Shown here one piece after another: positions 1 through 11,563 of a stretch of DNA of 64,000 nt. The stretch comes from Cyanidioschyzon merolae. Lineage: Eukaryota. The position numbers were made by a program, and so were the translations under genes. The notes beneath the pieces are model-generated. The model worked only from the letters and a program-made list of their open reading frames with translations, was not told where the DNA came from and ran no database searches. The stretch is from the NCBI GenBank assembly GCA_000091205.1, contig AP006502.2; one strand, written 5' to 3'. The stretch's first letter is position 1. Each line of letters opens with the position of its first letter.

Positions 1-189
1 TCTGATGAACAGCTTACAAGCGGCTTGCGGAAAAAAAGGTGCCCGCGGAACGTCCTCGTAAGTATCGCCCACATGCGCAATGAAAAGATTTCATATACTA
101 GCTGCGGGTAAATTCGTCTGAGGTTGTGCACGCGCATTCGGCGCCGTACGCCGATATATACTTCTGACTGCGCTTCAAAGGCGTGCGAC

Positions 190-906
190 ATGACTGAGGA
201 ACTGCCTCGACAAACAGAACCTCTTACTGAAGAAGAGACGGATCAGGAAAGTGCGTCCGAATTAAAACAAGAAGATATCGCCGAGGCAGCGAGAGAAAGT
301 GGCATTGATCCGAAAGAGCTTGCACAGCAAGCGGCGCTCCTTCAGGCGCATGAGCACGCCGTCGGCGCGGCTGGCGCAGGGGCTGGCCTCCCCGCTCGCC
401 AGTCTCGAGCTGAGAAGAAGACGAGAAAAGCCCTCTCAAAACTTGGACTGAAAAAGGTACCGGGTGTAACGCGGATTGCAGTGAAAAAAGAAGGGACTTT
501 ACTTTTTGTTGTTTCGCAACCCGATGTGTACAAGAGCTCGGCGTCTGACACGTACGTTTTCTTCGGAGAAGCCAAAATTGGTGAGAGTATTGGTGATGCC
601 GGTGCACAGGCCGAGGCAAGGCGCTTCCTAGACTACAGCGCTGACTCTGATCAGTTTGGCCTCGAGGGCAAACTGCGCGACTATCTTGGCGGCGAGAGAG
701 CGGGAGCCGACGGGGCTCCCGGCACACGCTCAGGTCCCAGCGGCGACGTGTCAGAACAGGAAGAGGAAGTTGATGAGACAGGGCTCGACCCTAAGGACAT
801 TGAGCTCGTTGTCCAGCAGGCGGATGTTTCCCGAGCACGTGCAGCACGAGCGTTACGCAATAACAATGGTGATATTGTGAATGCTATACTTGAGTTGACG
901 GTATAA
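190..906 (+). CDS. Nascent polypeptide-associated complex subunit alpha (NAC domain plus C-terminal UBA-like domain)
   Basis: ORF 124..906. ATG at 190 (MTEELP...) is the likelier start. The NAC-domain core 'KKTRKALSKLGLKKVPGVTRIAVKKEGTLLFVVSQPDVYKSSASDTYVFFGEAKIGE' and the C-terminal UBA-like 'DIELVVQQADVSRARAARALRNNNGDIVNAILELT' are diagnostic of eukaryotic NAC-alpha. Confidence 0.85.
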   Translation: MTEELPRQTEPLTEEETDQESASELKQEDIAEAARESGIDPKELAQQAALLQAHEHAVGAAGAGAGLPARQSRAEKKTRKALSKLGLKKVPGVTRIAVKKEGTLLFVVSQPDVYKSSASDTYVFFGEAKIGESIGDAGAQAEARRFLDYSADSDQFGLEGKLRDYLGGERAGADGAPGTRSGPSGDVSEQEEEVDETGLDPKDIELVVQQADVSRARAARALRNNNGDIVNAILELTV

Positions 907-1111
907 AGAAAGAATTTGATGACGCCTTACGGGGTATGCTTTGAGATCGGGGCTGTTCTGCTGGACCACACGATCCTGGAGCCGATGCGTTTCATGCTCA
1001 CCGAGAAATCTGAGAGCGCATCACGGGAAGGAACCGAAGGCGCTCACGTCACTCAATGCGTGACGTTCTGACTTTGCATCACCGGATCCAGACACTTTCT
1101 TCAAGCCTTTT

Positions 1112-2371
1112 TTAACCCAATCCGTCGTGATTGCGAGCTCCGTAGAGTTCACGCAACAGATAATATGCAAAGTTGCTCGAGAAGCTCCCAATATCCGTGA
1201 CAAAAATTGAGACTTGCGAACTCGGCACGATCGCATAGCGCGGATTACTTACTCCGACTCTGGATTGGAACGGGCTAATGCTTTCATATGGCAACAGAGT
1301 GCTGGGCACAAAAGATTTTTCGATAGCGGAAATATCATGAGGGAACCGCTCAGAAATCCTGTGCAACTCCGTCAGAACTAGGACAGGAACAGCGTGCGCA
1401 CGCGCTGCATCCGCAGCAAGGCGACACGTTGGGCGCGTGATCACGGAACCCTCCGCAAGGACTACTTCGGCGCGGATGATCAGCTTGTGCACCCGAGCCA
1501 TAATTGCATATACTGCAGCGTCCGTAATCAACGTCGTATCAATACCGCGCCCAGCAAGCTCGCTTGCTAGCCTGTGACCACTGCACTCTGGCGCAGCTTC
1601 AGATACGAAGACCTTGAAACGGCGTTTTTTCCCAGCTTCTAATAGGAAATGCATAATTAAAGGCGAATACCCGCAGGTCAAAACCACCTCTTCCGAATGT
1701 ATATGCTCGCTGCTTTGCTGTGCTATCTGACTGTCAGCGCTCTCGAGCTCGTTCAGAAGTTCGACAACCGTTTCTTCTTGTCGAAATTCTTCCACGGTAC
1801 AGCTTTCTAGAAGCCGTCGACTGGAGTCGTTCCTCTCCTGGAAGATATTTGAGCTGTCGCTGGGACCCCTGCTGCCGAGTACCGAGACAGCCACGAAGGT
1901 CTCGAGTTCAGCGCCTGCAGTGGAGCTCGCGAATCCTTGAACACGTCGTTGTCTGAGAAGTAGTAGCCGCTTCAAAACATTTTCCAGTACGTACTGGCAA
2001 AGAATGTTCGAGAATAGTTTCTGATCATTCAAGAGTTTTGTGAGATCACGCAAAAAAGCCTCTAGGCTCCTCGTTGCACAGTACTGGAGCAGTACACGGA
2101 GCGCGCTTGCTAGTTGGTTACCGAACGGAACGGTATTCGTCTTTGACTTCTTTCCAGATTCGTTCTTCGGTTGCGTTTCTTCAGCAACAGCACGACGAGC
2201 GCTTGCACGGCAGTTGGAAGTGGGATACGTTACGGGCTTCAAAAAAACCGACGTGAAAAACTCCGCTCCGTAAAGACTCTCATACGCTTCATCTAAACTC
2301 TTTAGCAGCTTCAACGCAATTTCCTCGAAGCGTTGATCTTCGGAATCAGCCTCTGCTGAACTTGAAGCCAT
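1112..2371 (-). CDS. Translation initiation factor eIF-2B regulatory subunit (eIF2B alpha/beta/delta fold; beta/delta-like)
   Basis: 419-aa ORF with an N-terminal low-complexity region. The C-terminal half matches the eIF2B_5/MtnA-like fold: 'VVLTCGYSPLIMHFLLEAGKKRRFKVFVSEAAPECSGHRLASELAGRGIDTTLITDAAVYAIMARVHKLIIRAEVVLAEGSVITRPTCRLAADAARAHAVPVLVLTE'. It lacks MtnA active-site features, so I call it eIF2B. Confidence 0.7.
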   Translation of the reverse strand: MASSSAEADSEDQRFEEIALKLLKSLDEAYESLYGAEFFTSVFLKPVTYPTSNCRASARRAVAEETQPKNESGKKSKTNTVPFGNQLASALRVLLQYCATRSLEAFLRDLTKLLNDQKLFSNILCQYVLENVLKRLLLLRQRRVQGFASSTAGAELETFVAVSVLGSRGPSDSSNIFQERNDSSRRLLESCTVEEFRQEETVVELLNELESADSQIAQQSSEHIHSEEVVLTCGYSPLIMHFLLEAGKKRRFKVFVSEAAPECSGHRLASELAGRGIDTTLITDAAVYAIMARVHKLIIRAEVVLAEGSVITRPTCRLAADAARAHAVPVLVLTELHRISERFPHDISAIEKSFVPSTLLPYESISPFQSRVGVSNPRYAIVPSSQVSIFVTDIGSFSSNFAYYLLRELYGARNHDGLG

Positions 2372-2535
2372 CGCTCAGTGAAACCCAGTATCTCAACTAT
2401 GCCAGCCGCGTCTTGTTCTCTGCTGGAATGGGACGGATCCGAGCTTGCGCGGCATCAATAGCAACGTGACAGTATGTCCCTGGACCACGGAGGATGGAAT
2501 CGCACCGTCATGCGCCTCATCATTCTTTATAGCCT

Positions 2536-3322
2536 TTAAGCTCAGTTGTGTTCGACCCTTGGATGAGTATAATGAAATGGTATTTCGCTGGTTATAGAAG
2601 ATGCGTTCGAAGAGTGCTAATTTTCAAAACTAAAAAATCGAGGGGAAAGGTAAGGACACGGAAGTCGGGGATCCTGGAGTCCCAGTATCGCCAGGTGCCG
2701 GAAAAGAAACAAAAAATCTTCTTCTCGTCGACAATGGATCCAAGAAGAGCAAGTGACAATGAAGAAGAGGAGGGTAGATAGGCGAGAAAAGGTGCTTGCG
2801 CGGTGGGGCCACGGCGAGATTGTAGTGGCGCCGATGGGTCGTCTTCTAAGAATCAATGCAAAGGTGACTTCAATCAGCTGTAGAGCATTCAAGGAGTTTG
2901 TGAACCGCGACTTCAACACCACCATCAATGTCAGATGGAGCGTGATGCGGAAGTCTCGGTTCATGGACTCCATGATTGGTTGCCTCTGGTTGAAATCATC
3001 AATTCAAGGATTACTAGAACTCGTCTCATCGGCGCCCCTACAATCTCGCCGTGGCCCCACCGCGCAAGCACCTTTTCTCGCCTATCTACCCTCCTCTTCT
3101 TCATTGTCACTTGCTCTTCTTGGATCCATTGTCGACGAGAAGAAGATTTTTTGTTTCTTTTCCGGCACCTGGCGATACTGGGACTCCAGGATCCCCGACT
3201 TCCGTGTCCTTACCTTTCCCCTCGATTTTTTAGTTTTGAAAATTAGCACTCTTCGAACGCATCTTCTATAACCAGCGAAATACCATTTCATTATACTCAT
3301 CCAAGGGTGGAACACCACTGAG
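2536..3322. repeat. Foldback element: two A-family units in tail-to-tail inverted orientation (about 790-bp palindrome)
   Basis: The plus-strand ORF 2548..2781 and minus-strand ORF 3082..3318 encode the identical 77-aa peptide. The outer about 290 bp of each arm are near-perfect reverse complements (for example 'gacaatgaagaagaggagggtagataggcgagaaaaggtgcttgcgcggtggggccacggcgagattgtag' pairs with its reverse complement at about 3045-3118). The inner about 100 bp per arm are about 70% identical. The centre encodes 'FKEFVNRDFNTTINV'. Confidence 0.85.
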
Positions 3323-6300
3323 GTGAGAGACTATAATCTAACTCTCAGTTACCGTGATTGCTCTCATGCCACAAATGGATAGACCTGGAGAAGCCCGTAC
3401 TACAGTTGGACGGCGCACGAATCTACCAACTCAGCACCCGCGCTGTTCCGATTTGTGCTGACGAATTGGGCGGGAAAGATGAAACAGTTTGAGAAAGGAC
3501 GTTCTAGCTCAAATGCCGCAGTGGAGCGCAGAAAACGCTGCGGTTGTTAATAGGGATTCTCTAAATAAGGATGAAGAGTGCAATACGTCTAACGCAAACT
3601 GCTCAGAGCGAGTGAAGAGAACAAAGAAAGCCATTGTGAAACCTCGTCTACCAGTCCGGTGTGCGCTGCTTCAAAGCCCTCCGCGAAAGCGATACAAAAA
3701 TGTTTCAACGCTTTCTTCGATTCAAGTGGCTGGCGCTCTAGGAGCTCCGAGAGTTCCACAAGAAACTCCACTAAAAACGCAACATAGATGTTACAGACTG
3801 AAGCTCGACGCTAAGGATAAAGGCACTCGCCGGCAGAGTCACGGCGATGGCGACGGCTTTAGCCCCGAAAGCTCAGATATCAGGCGCAATGTCCTGCACA
3901 AACCACTCCAACTTTCGAGTGGTCTTGAATGTGACGGCATCAATAGGCAGCGGAGTTCCCCGCCGGACCCTGTGTCCAACACAACCGAGCTCTTGGAACG
4001 GCCAAGTGATGGAGACGTGGTTTGTACTGTTCCTCGTGAGGTTCTGATTCTTTGCAATGAAAAGGACGAATTTTTCCAAGCAATATTCAGATGACTTTGT
4101 TTTTCCCGTCGCCGCTATCTGGAAAGAGTCACTCAGGGCAACCTCTTGCTGGCGGCGGCCCGATTTTTGCGTCACATGATGGGCAACTAGCGAGCCGGTC
4201 AAGAGTTGAATCACAGCAACGATTGCCTGTTATTTAATGAGTGGTACATATAGCCTCAACTGCTTGGTATAACCTTTCCATTGTTTCGGAGAATCAGGTT
4301 CGTTCAACGCAGGCTCGGTTCCGGATAATTTCACAGATCAGAATCGAGCAGATAGCATCATGAATTTTCTTCCACAAAATGACTGGCATTAGGATCATTA
4401 TAACCGACGCAAAACATAAACTCCGTTAATCCTATCTCAAAATCGTAGCAGTGAGTTCCGGAAACCTTGGCTTGAGTACCATTGTTCTGAATGTGCTTTT
4501 TCTCATGGATATGAAACAAACTAAGACGTCCTGTAAATTAGAGAAATGTAGCGGCAAGCCTCTATTCTCTGACTTGTCGCTCACGAGAAAAAATACCTTT
4601 CATGTGTCATTCAGTCATTACTACGTTCAGCAGCTGGATGAATCGCCTTTCTTGCAGCGCTTGTCCTGAACTTCGTGCATCCAAAACAGAATGTCTGAAT
4701 GTTTCTCTATGCGACCGTTTCTCCATGTATCTATTCCACCACAAGCGTTCTCGAGGTGATATCTTCACAAACGTTGCAGGATGTCAGCCTTCGGTAGCAC
4801 TGATACAAGCGATGATGAAGAGGCATGCGTGGGCAAAAATAGAAGAGCCCTGCTATTGGAAACACTCGCAAGTTGTACAAAACATTATTGATTTCGAACT
4901 GAAACGCAAACGGCTTTTGCAGAAAAGTCTGGTGCTCGCCTCACTGGATTAGACATCATCCGGGAAAAACGGTAAACCTATATAAGGAAAATGATAGAGG
5001 GGCGAACAACTGTTCGAAAAGAAGGCAAAAGCGAGCATTAAGAGAAAATCAGCCCCAGCAGAAATGCAATCGTGTTATTGCCCTCTAATCAGCAATCGAA
5101 CTGGATCGTTGGATACCTCACCCAGCGTGGTAACACTCTTCATGATCTGCTCTTCGCACCCTCTTCTGTCATTCTCCGAGACAACTTCGCCGTACATCTT
5201 TGAAAAGCGAGAGGAGAGAACGATACTCAGATTGGCACTGAGCTACTCTTCGTGCCAGGATATACCCCTGGTTCAATGCAGGAGAGGCGTATATTTAAGT
5301 GCCAGACGCGGTCTTAACGGACATGGATCCATGGAAGAATCATTAGCATCCATGTCTTTGTTCGTTGAGAAATCGTTCTCTGCCATCGCAAGCCTTAAAC
5401 TGATATGTTCCTTTTCCTACCGTGTGCGGGAGGGAGCGGAGTGGCGCTTCGGATTGTAACACGTGCTCGCTACGAAGGAAGTGACCAAAATGTACTCGAG
5501 AAATAAAAAGTACATATCCAGGAAAAGTGACCTTCGCACTGATCATCCCCGAAATGCGTCCGATCCGCGAGGAATAGACCTGGTATGGAGTATAGCAATA
5601 GCATGGAAATCGCCATACCCAGCAAGGGGAAAATACGAGGAAAGAGAAGGGGATGCATCAACCAGACAAAGTAGAGAATTGTACCCCGAAACAAGCACAA
5701 ATAACGACAGGACAAAAACTATAGAAGTGGAAAGATCAGTCCAAAATCGCTGCAAAGGCATAAACACTAATATACATGAACAGGAAGAGAATTCCAGAAA
5801 CTGAAATTCGGAGCACCAGTAAGGATCATATAACTTCGTTTTCGAGGAGGGCTCTCATAGCTTTTCTCTTACCGTGGCACAGCTCGTCATGCAAATGCTC
5901 GTGCAAGTTCCGGATGCGCATTGCGAGCTGCCCTCATTCCACACGGATTTTTGGACAAATCCTTCGTTCTTCTACCAGCGTTCGCGACAGAACGTGAAAC
6001 ACGGCCTGATCGCAGTATACAAGATCTGCACGCACGCTTGCGAGAAAACATTTGTACGTCATGAAATCACATCAGCAATCGGAATATCCATGACGAAAGA
6101 GAAAAATATCGAATCAACCTGAAAAATGAAACGATACGCGAGACAATCTCGAGTGCTTCAATCGGTTCACCGTTTGGAAGTTAGAACCGTTTTAACCTAC
6201 CTTACTGGCCTAAAAAAGTGGTGACTGATAGAACGGTTTCTTGGAGTGCCGAAGGAGGCAAATGACAAGCTGATGGTGACAGATGGGATCGAGGTGCCAA

Positions 6301-6390
6301 CGACGCCGGAAGCGATATCGCACCGAGAGCGAGACTCGCGTCAGATCGCCCGCGCCTATCGAGTGGATCTCGGACTCGGATCGCCACACG

Positions 6391-6715
6391 TCCTATCCAT
6401 ACGATGGCGTCAACGGGATACCTGCCTTGCTTGCGATTCGCGCACCACTATATTCGCGTCGAGAGAGCCCTCGAGAGGATCGGCACAAGTCTTATCCATA
6501 CGATGGTGTCAACGGGATACCTGCCTTGCTTGCATTCCGCGCCCCATTATATTCGCCTCAAAAGAGCCCTCGAGAGGATCGGCACAAGTCTTATCCATAC
6601 CATGGCGTTAACGGGGTACCTGCCTTGCTTGCATCTCTCGCCCCATTATATTTGCCTCAAGGGAGCCCTCGAGAGCGAAGCAGACTCCGTCCACCAATGC
6701 GGGTGCACTCGACTC
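6391..6715. repeat. 99-bp tandem repeat, about 3.3 units (minisatellite; in-frame 33-codon unit)
   Basis: The unit 'tcttatccatacgatggtgtcaacgggatacctgccttgcttgc...agagccctcgagaggatcggcacaag' starts at 6391, 6490 and 6589, giving a period of exactly 99 bp. Overlapping ORFs exist in two frames (6283..6720 with repeating 'SYPYDGVNGIPALLA...REDRHK'). Confidence 0.85.
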
Positions 6716-9445
6716 CGTAAGCGTCTGTTCGAAGCGGCCCTCATTCGTCACTTCAACGCCCACTTATCACTGCAGACTCCTCTGTACTATACGTTCCACT
6801 CAGTGGGCTACGGCCGGTCTCTGGCAGCGAGCACGGGTCACTCGAACAGCTTTCCGAAGATCATGGGTAGAGCTGATTCGACGTTTCGCCTTACAGGGCA
6901 GGAAATCGTAAGGAGTACGCAGGGAGAATGGAGACCGACGGAAGACCAGGCTGCATGCACTTTGTGAAACTTAAACTTGACTCAACTAACGATGCTGATT
7001 TTCAACCGTCCAAGATAAATGAAGAGAAACACATCGCGCGGTTGCCTTATCTCAAAATCAAGAGAGCGGAATGAAAGAGTTGAACAGAATCCAGATGATA
7101 GTGTGCAAATTTTCGAGGGCTTTATACTAGAGTGAAGCATGATGGGCGTCAGGAGGCACACGAACGTTTGGAATGACGGCGTCAGGGCCCAAATCAATGC
7201 CTTTAGCACCGCATCGAAGAGACTAATGCTTTGCACGGTTATTCAGAGAGTCCATCAGCGTCCAACAGGCGCATGCGGACGATCCTTGGAAGGTGCACAT
7301 GAGACAGCGCTAGCGTGATCATCAGTACCGATTATAGGGAAGCATGAAACACGCATTAACCAACTTTTTAAATGAATTCGAAAAGCAAGTATCTGGTAAG
7401 TCGCGTCGTTTGGTGGAAACCTACGAAGTTGTACAAGCTATAGAACGCAAAAACTGTACTTGCTCTCCTTCGACGAGGGCGTACAACGAGTGCAAGATTC
7501 GATTCTGAAAGATTCACTCCGATGCATTCAGAAAGACATACAGTCTTCACGAGCACGGGTGCGCGTTGAATCTGGTAGACACGAAAAAGAGAAACTGAGA
7601 CGGATGCGCTTGCCGATGTACAGCAAGCTGAACGATCCTCAGATCGATAGAAAATCGAGCGTGAGAGGTTTTCTACGGTTTGAATCCACTCGCAACCATG
7701 CGCACAAGCAGTTTCCGAACGGAGACTCGAATGCTTCGATCAACATCCGGCGACCTTGTGCTTCCGGAGCGTCCAGTGGCCTTTTGCAGAAGGGTCCTGC
7801 ATTGGTATCCCCTAGTACTCATTGTGGGCATTGGGATGAGACGCGGAAGACTTGCGGTTAAACAAAATTCGATGGCCTGGACACATGGGATTCGATTCTC
7901 CCACTGAGCGAGGCAAATGTATGGCGCAGTTCAGCAGTATGGAATGGCAGGTGCGTAGAATATACAGAACGCAAGAGATATCCTTGCGCAATCGGTGAAC
8001 GATAACTATGCTGGATTATTCGATATTGCTGATTATACTGAACGCCTCGCTTGATGTGGCAGGAACTTTACAATTTTGGAAACGCACTCGGGCTTTCGTA
8101 TGCTGCGCTTTGCTTGGATCCAAAAATTGTAAGCACTGATAAATGAGACTGCTCTCTCGAGGTGCGTCGATCAAATGCGCATCTACGAGCATGCTCCAGG
8201 TATCTCCTCTCGCCCCGGAACGGCACAGCTCTGATTTTTAGCAGCGCGATTTACGTGGAGATCAGGTTTTGTTTCCGGGCTCGTAGTGCTCTGCGAAATG
8301 TCCTCTTACGTAAGGTTTTAAATGCTATTCAGAGGGAGCAGCTTCCATGAGAAGCGATGCGCGTAGACTCTCATGGACATGTTCGTAGCCTTTTTTAATG
8401 ACGCAGAATCCCATTGGACGAGATCCATTGGGAAGAGAGAGTCCACTAGCTCATTTCGTGGACCAAAACGAGCTTTCTTTTTGATAAATGCAGACAGAGC
8501 TGCATAGCGTACGTTGTGCGAGGCGCTGCCCTGTTTTTGAGCCACTGGGTGAGGCATCGGTGCTTCATTTACGCTTTTATCGCAAAGACATCAACAAACG
8601 ATATTTCACACAACTTTTGATTCAGTCCACATCAGGAGAAGACGACCAGTTTGCTCATTCGCGCATTTCGATGACTGGCCAACTTCAGCGGCTGGCGTCC
8701 ACACGCGACCACCGACCGTTTCACTGGCAGGTTTTCTACAATGAGACCATCCCTTGGAGAGGACAACACCCGTCGGACTTCAGCGTAAGGGCGTTTGCTC
8801 TGTAAGCCATTCGCACCTTGCCCCATGCTCACTGCAAGGAGCAACGTCCCAACCTAATATGCAGTGTATCAATTTTCATTTGACCAGCACTTTGCGTACC
8901 CGTGCATTAAACCTTCCAAACGTCCTTTTGAAATTGTAGTTTTGATACAGAGAGCAAGACTCGCGAACACGCGAAAGCTGTATATAAAAAATTGTACCGA
9001 GTAACGCTATCCGTGGTGCATCAAATTTCCAATTTTTCCAGAAACATTTCCCTGCAAAACGCATATTGTCGGTGAGAGGGTGATAAATCTCACCAGAGTC
9101 CCTCGGACACGAGAATACTGCTGTTATCCCCTTGGAAAGGGTTTCAAACTACCCTAGCAAGGTCAGCTTTCCATCTGGTCCACATCAGTTCTGCTATCGG
9201 GCGTGGCAGCACGGTCAGTCTAATAACTGCAGAGATTCCCGAACTACATTCTTCTGTCATCTGCTTCCCTTGTATCGGATTTATATATGGACTGGAATCA
9301 AGTGCCCCAATGATCACTCGATCGAACTCGCCCATGCCGACCGCATCAAGGCGCTGTGTTTGCGCGCCCTGGGGGCCTGCATTTGGTAGAAGCGCGGCAC
9401 CTTGAAAACTCAGCTTCGCGCGTTTTTGCTCAAGGCTTTCGACTG

Positions 9446-11563
9446 ATGGCTGATAACTTTCGCGTACGCTCACCCGCTGAGTTTTTCGCGGAAAACAAAA
9501 ACATTGCAGGTTTCGATAACGATGGGCGCTCTCTTTATACCACCGTGCGCGAGCTCGTAGAAAACGGCCTCGATGCTGCAGAGGCCGCTGAAGTGCTGCC
9601 CTCGATTCGCATACGACTCGAGGAACTTAGGGGTAAGGACTTTCAAGCGCGCCTGGGACTTGGGGGCATCGTCAGAAGAGACTTCAGTATGTACAAAGAC
9701 TTTCATGAGCAGCGGAAACTAGCTCAGGGCAAAGCCGCTGCACTGCGGCGCAAGAAAAGGCGGGCTCCGAACGTTGGACCCGAGGGCACGAGCGAACCCG
9801 CCGATGAGCCTCAGTTAGAGGCTCCCAGCGACGGTGCCACGCTCGAAACCTGCACGGATGAAGCGGCTACCGCAGATGCAGGAGCCGGTGTAGATGAACC
9901 GCAAAGTGGGGATGCCCAGTTTTTCATTGTTTCTGTACAGGACAATGGAACTGGGATCGAGCACGAGCGCATTCCTCAGATGTTCGGTATTGTTCTCGCC
10001 GGCACCAAGTACAGCGTTCAGCAGTCTCGCGGTAAATTCGGACTCGGATCGAAGATGGCGCTTCTATGGAGTAAGATGTCTACTGGTCTTCCGATACGTA
10101 TCTGTTCTTCTACAGATTCGCGTCAGCCATTATCGCTCTGTATGCTGGATATCGACATCGCTAGAAACAAACCTCGAGTGCTTGTTCACAAGAAAATCGA
10201 AAATGCGATTGGGTTTCGCGGCACGGAAGTCTCAGTAACCATTAGAGGTAACTGGAAGACGTACCGCACATATATCCTGCAATATTTGCGTCACATGGCA
10301 ATTATTACCCCATATGCTGAGTTTTTCTTTAGTTATCGTGGACCAATAGCATCCAAGAATTTTGATCTCTATTTCGCGAGGAGGTCCGATTGTGTTCCGC
10401 CACAACCAACCCAAGTGAAGCATCATCCGAGCTCGGTGAACCAACTCGTCCTCCAGCAACTGATGAATAGTGTGCCAGCCAGCACCAAACTAATCGATTT
10501 CTTGGCAAACGAGCTCTCATCTATTTCGCGTGACTACGCAAAAAGATTGGTGTGCGAGTTAGGCTGCTCTTTTTCCGAGGAAACCTCCGTTGCCGAGGTG
10601 AAAGGTAACATGTTACGCCATCTACTCGAACTCTTGAGGCAAGCACATTTTCTGCCGCCTAGTGGAGATTGTTTGAGCCCCGCCGGTGAATACAATCTGC
10701 GTCTAGGTATCATCAAAGAATTAAGCCCCGAAATAGTCGCAACGCATACAGAGCCTGTCGGCGTGCTTGACGGCCATCCGTTCATTGTTGAGGTTGGTGT
10801 GAGTTTCGGTGGTGCCAAGGTGAAGCCAGGCATCAACGTTTTCAGGTTCGCAAACCGCATTCCTCTACTCTTCGAGGGTGGTAATGATGTTGTCACGCGA
10901 ACCGCGACCAAATTAATCCCCTGGACGAATTACAAAATCAATCCCATCACGGATCGCGTAGGAGTATTCTGCTCAATCGTATCTACGCGTTGCCCGTTCA
11001 AGGGTACCGGAAAAGAGTATATCGGAGCTGACGCAGAGCCCATCCAGAAATCCGTTCGCCATGCTATCATGCAGTGTTGCCAGCAGCTGCGAATCAAGCT
11101 CGTTCGAAAGAGCATCCAACAGGAGCGACAGGAACGAAAGAAAAGGCTCTCCAAATACGTTCCCCACGTTGCTCGTGCAATCCACAAGGTTTTGCTCGCG
11201 ATGGCCAACCATATGGAGGTGCTCGACGGAACTTCTCGCGAGAAAGACCATGGGCAGAGTCTACTCGCGAAAGTTCAAGCAGGGTTGATTTCAGAGTCAG
11301 TTATAGGGGAGCACCTCATGCGACATGTTGCAGAAACTGAAGTCGAAGAGCACCAAGACTCCAAGAAGGGCGTTGCGCAGATCGATCTAAGCCATGTATA
11401 TCCCGGAATACTACCACCGGCAGTGCAGTCTCTGCTCCGTCCTAGTTTCAAATCCGCGCACGACGACGCAAACATTGATGACATATTCCGTCTTCATTTC
11501 CTTGATACTCAGAAAGCCTCTACGGCTGCACGCCTTGGTGAGTGTGATGGGGTCCCGATCTGA
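9446..11563 (+). CDS. TOP6B: DNA topoisomerase VI subunit B (GHKL/Bergerat ATPase, transducer domain)
   Basis: ORF 9356..11563; ATG at 9446 (MADNFRVRSPAEFFAENKNIAGFDNDGRSLYTTVRELVENGLDAAEA) aligns with plant TOP6B N-termini. The Bergerat N-box 'ENGLDA', the G1 box 'DNGTGI', and 'GKFGLGSKMALLWSKMSTGLPIRI' are present. There is an acidic low-complexity insertion between the N-box and G1. Confidence 0.9.
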   Translation: MADNFRVRSPAEFFAENKNIAGFDNDGRSLYTTVRELVENGLDAAEAAEVLPSIRIRLEELRGKDFQARLGLGGIVRRDFSMYKDFHEQRKLAQGKAAALRRKKRRAPNVGPEGTSEPADEPQLEAPSDGATLETCTDEAATADAGAGVDEPQSGDAQFFIVSVQDNGTGIEHERIPQMFGIVLAGTKYSVQQSRGKFGLGSKMALLWSKMSTGLPIRICSSTDSRQPLSLCMLDIDIARNKPRVLVHKKIENAIGFRGTEVSVTIRGNWKTYRTYILQYLRHMAIITPYAEFFFSYRGPIASKNFDLYFARRSDCVPPQPTQVKHHPSSVNQLVLQQLMNSVPASTKLIDFLANELSSISRDYAKRLVCELGCSFSEETSVAEVKGNMLRHLLELLRQAHFLPPSGDCLSPAGEYNLRLGIIKELSPEIVATHTEPVGVLDGHPFIVEVGVSFGGAKVKPGINVFRFANRIPLLFEGGNDVVTRTATKLIPWTNYKINPITDRVGVFCSIVSTRCPFKGTGKEYIGADAEPIQKSVRHAIMQCCQQLRIKLVRKSIQQERQERKKRLSKYVPHVARAIHKVLLAMANHMEVLDGTSREKDHGQSLLAKVQAGLISESVIGEHLMRHVAETEVEEHQDSKKGVAQIDLSHVYPGILPPAVQSLLRPSFKSAHDDANIDDIFRLHFLDTQKASTAARLGECDGVPI

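Noticed and set aside
224-727. 167-aa minus-strand ORF inside the NAC-alpha gene
   Set aside because: It is an antisense overlap of a well-supported CDS.
3489-4094. 201-aa plus-strand ORF
   Set aside because: I recognise no homology. It might be a small real gene, but composition and lack of a motif give insufficient support.
6391-6715. Possible CRISPR array
   Set aside because: It is eukaryotic sequence, and the units are contiguous near-identical 99-bp tandem copies without unique spacers. It is a minisatellite.
7865-7905. tRNA-like T-loop motif 'gggattcgattctccc'
   Set aside because: The loop is 8 nt, and I could not build a complete cloverleaf (acceptor, D and anticodon arms) from the flanks. 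It is not reportable as a tRNA without a tRNAscan-type search.
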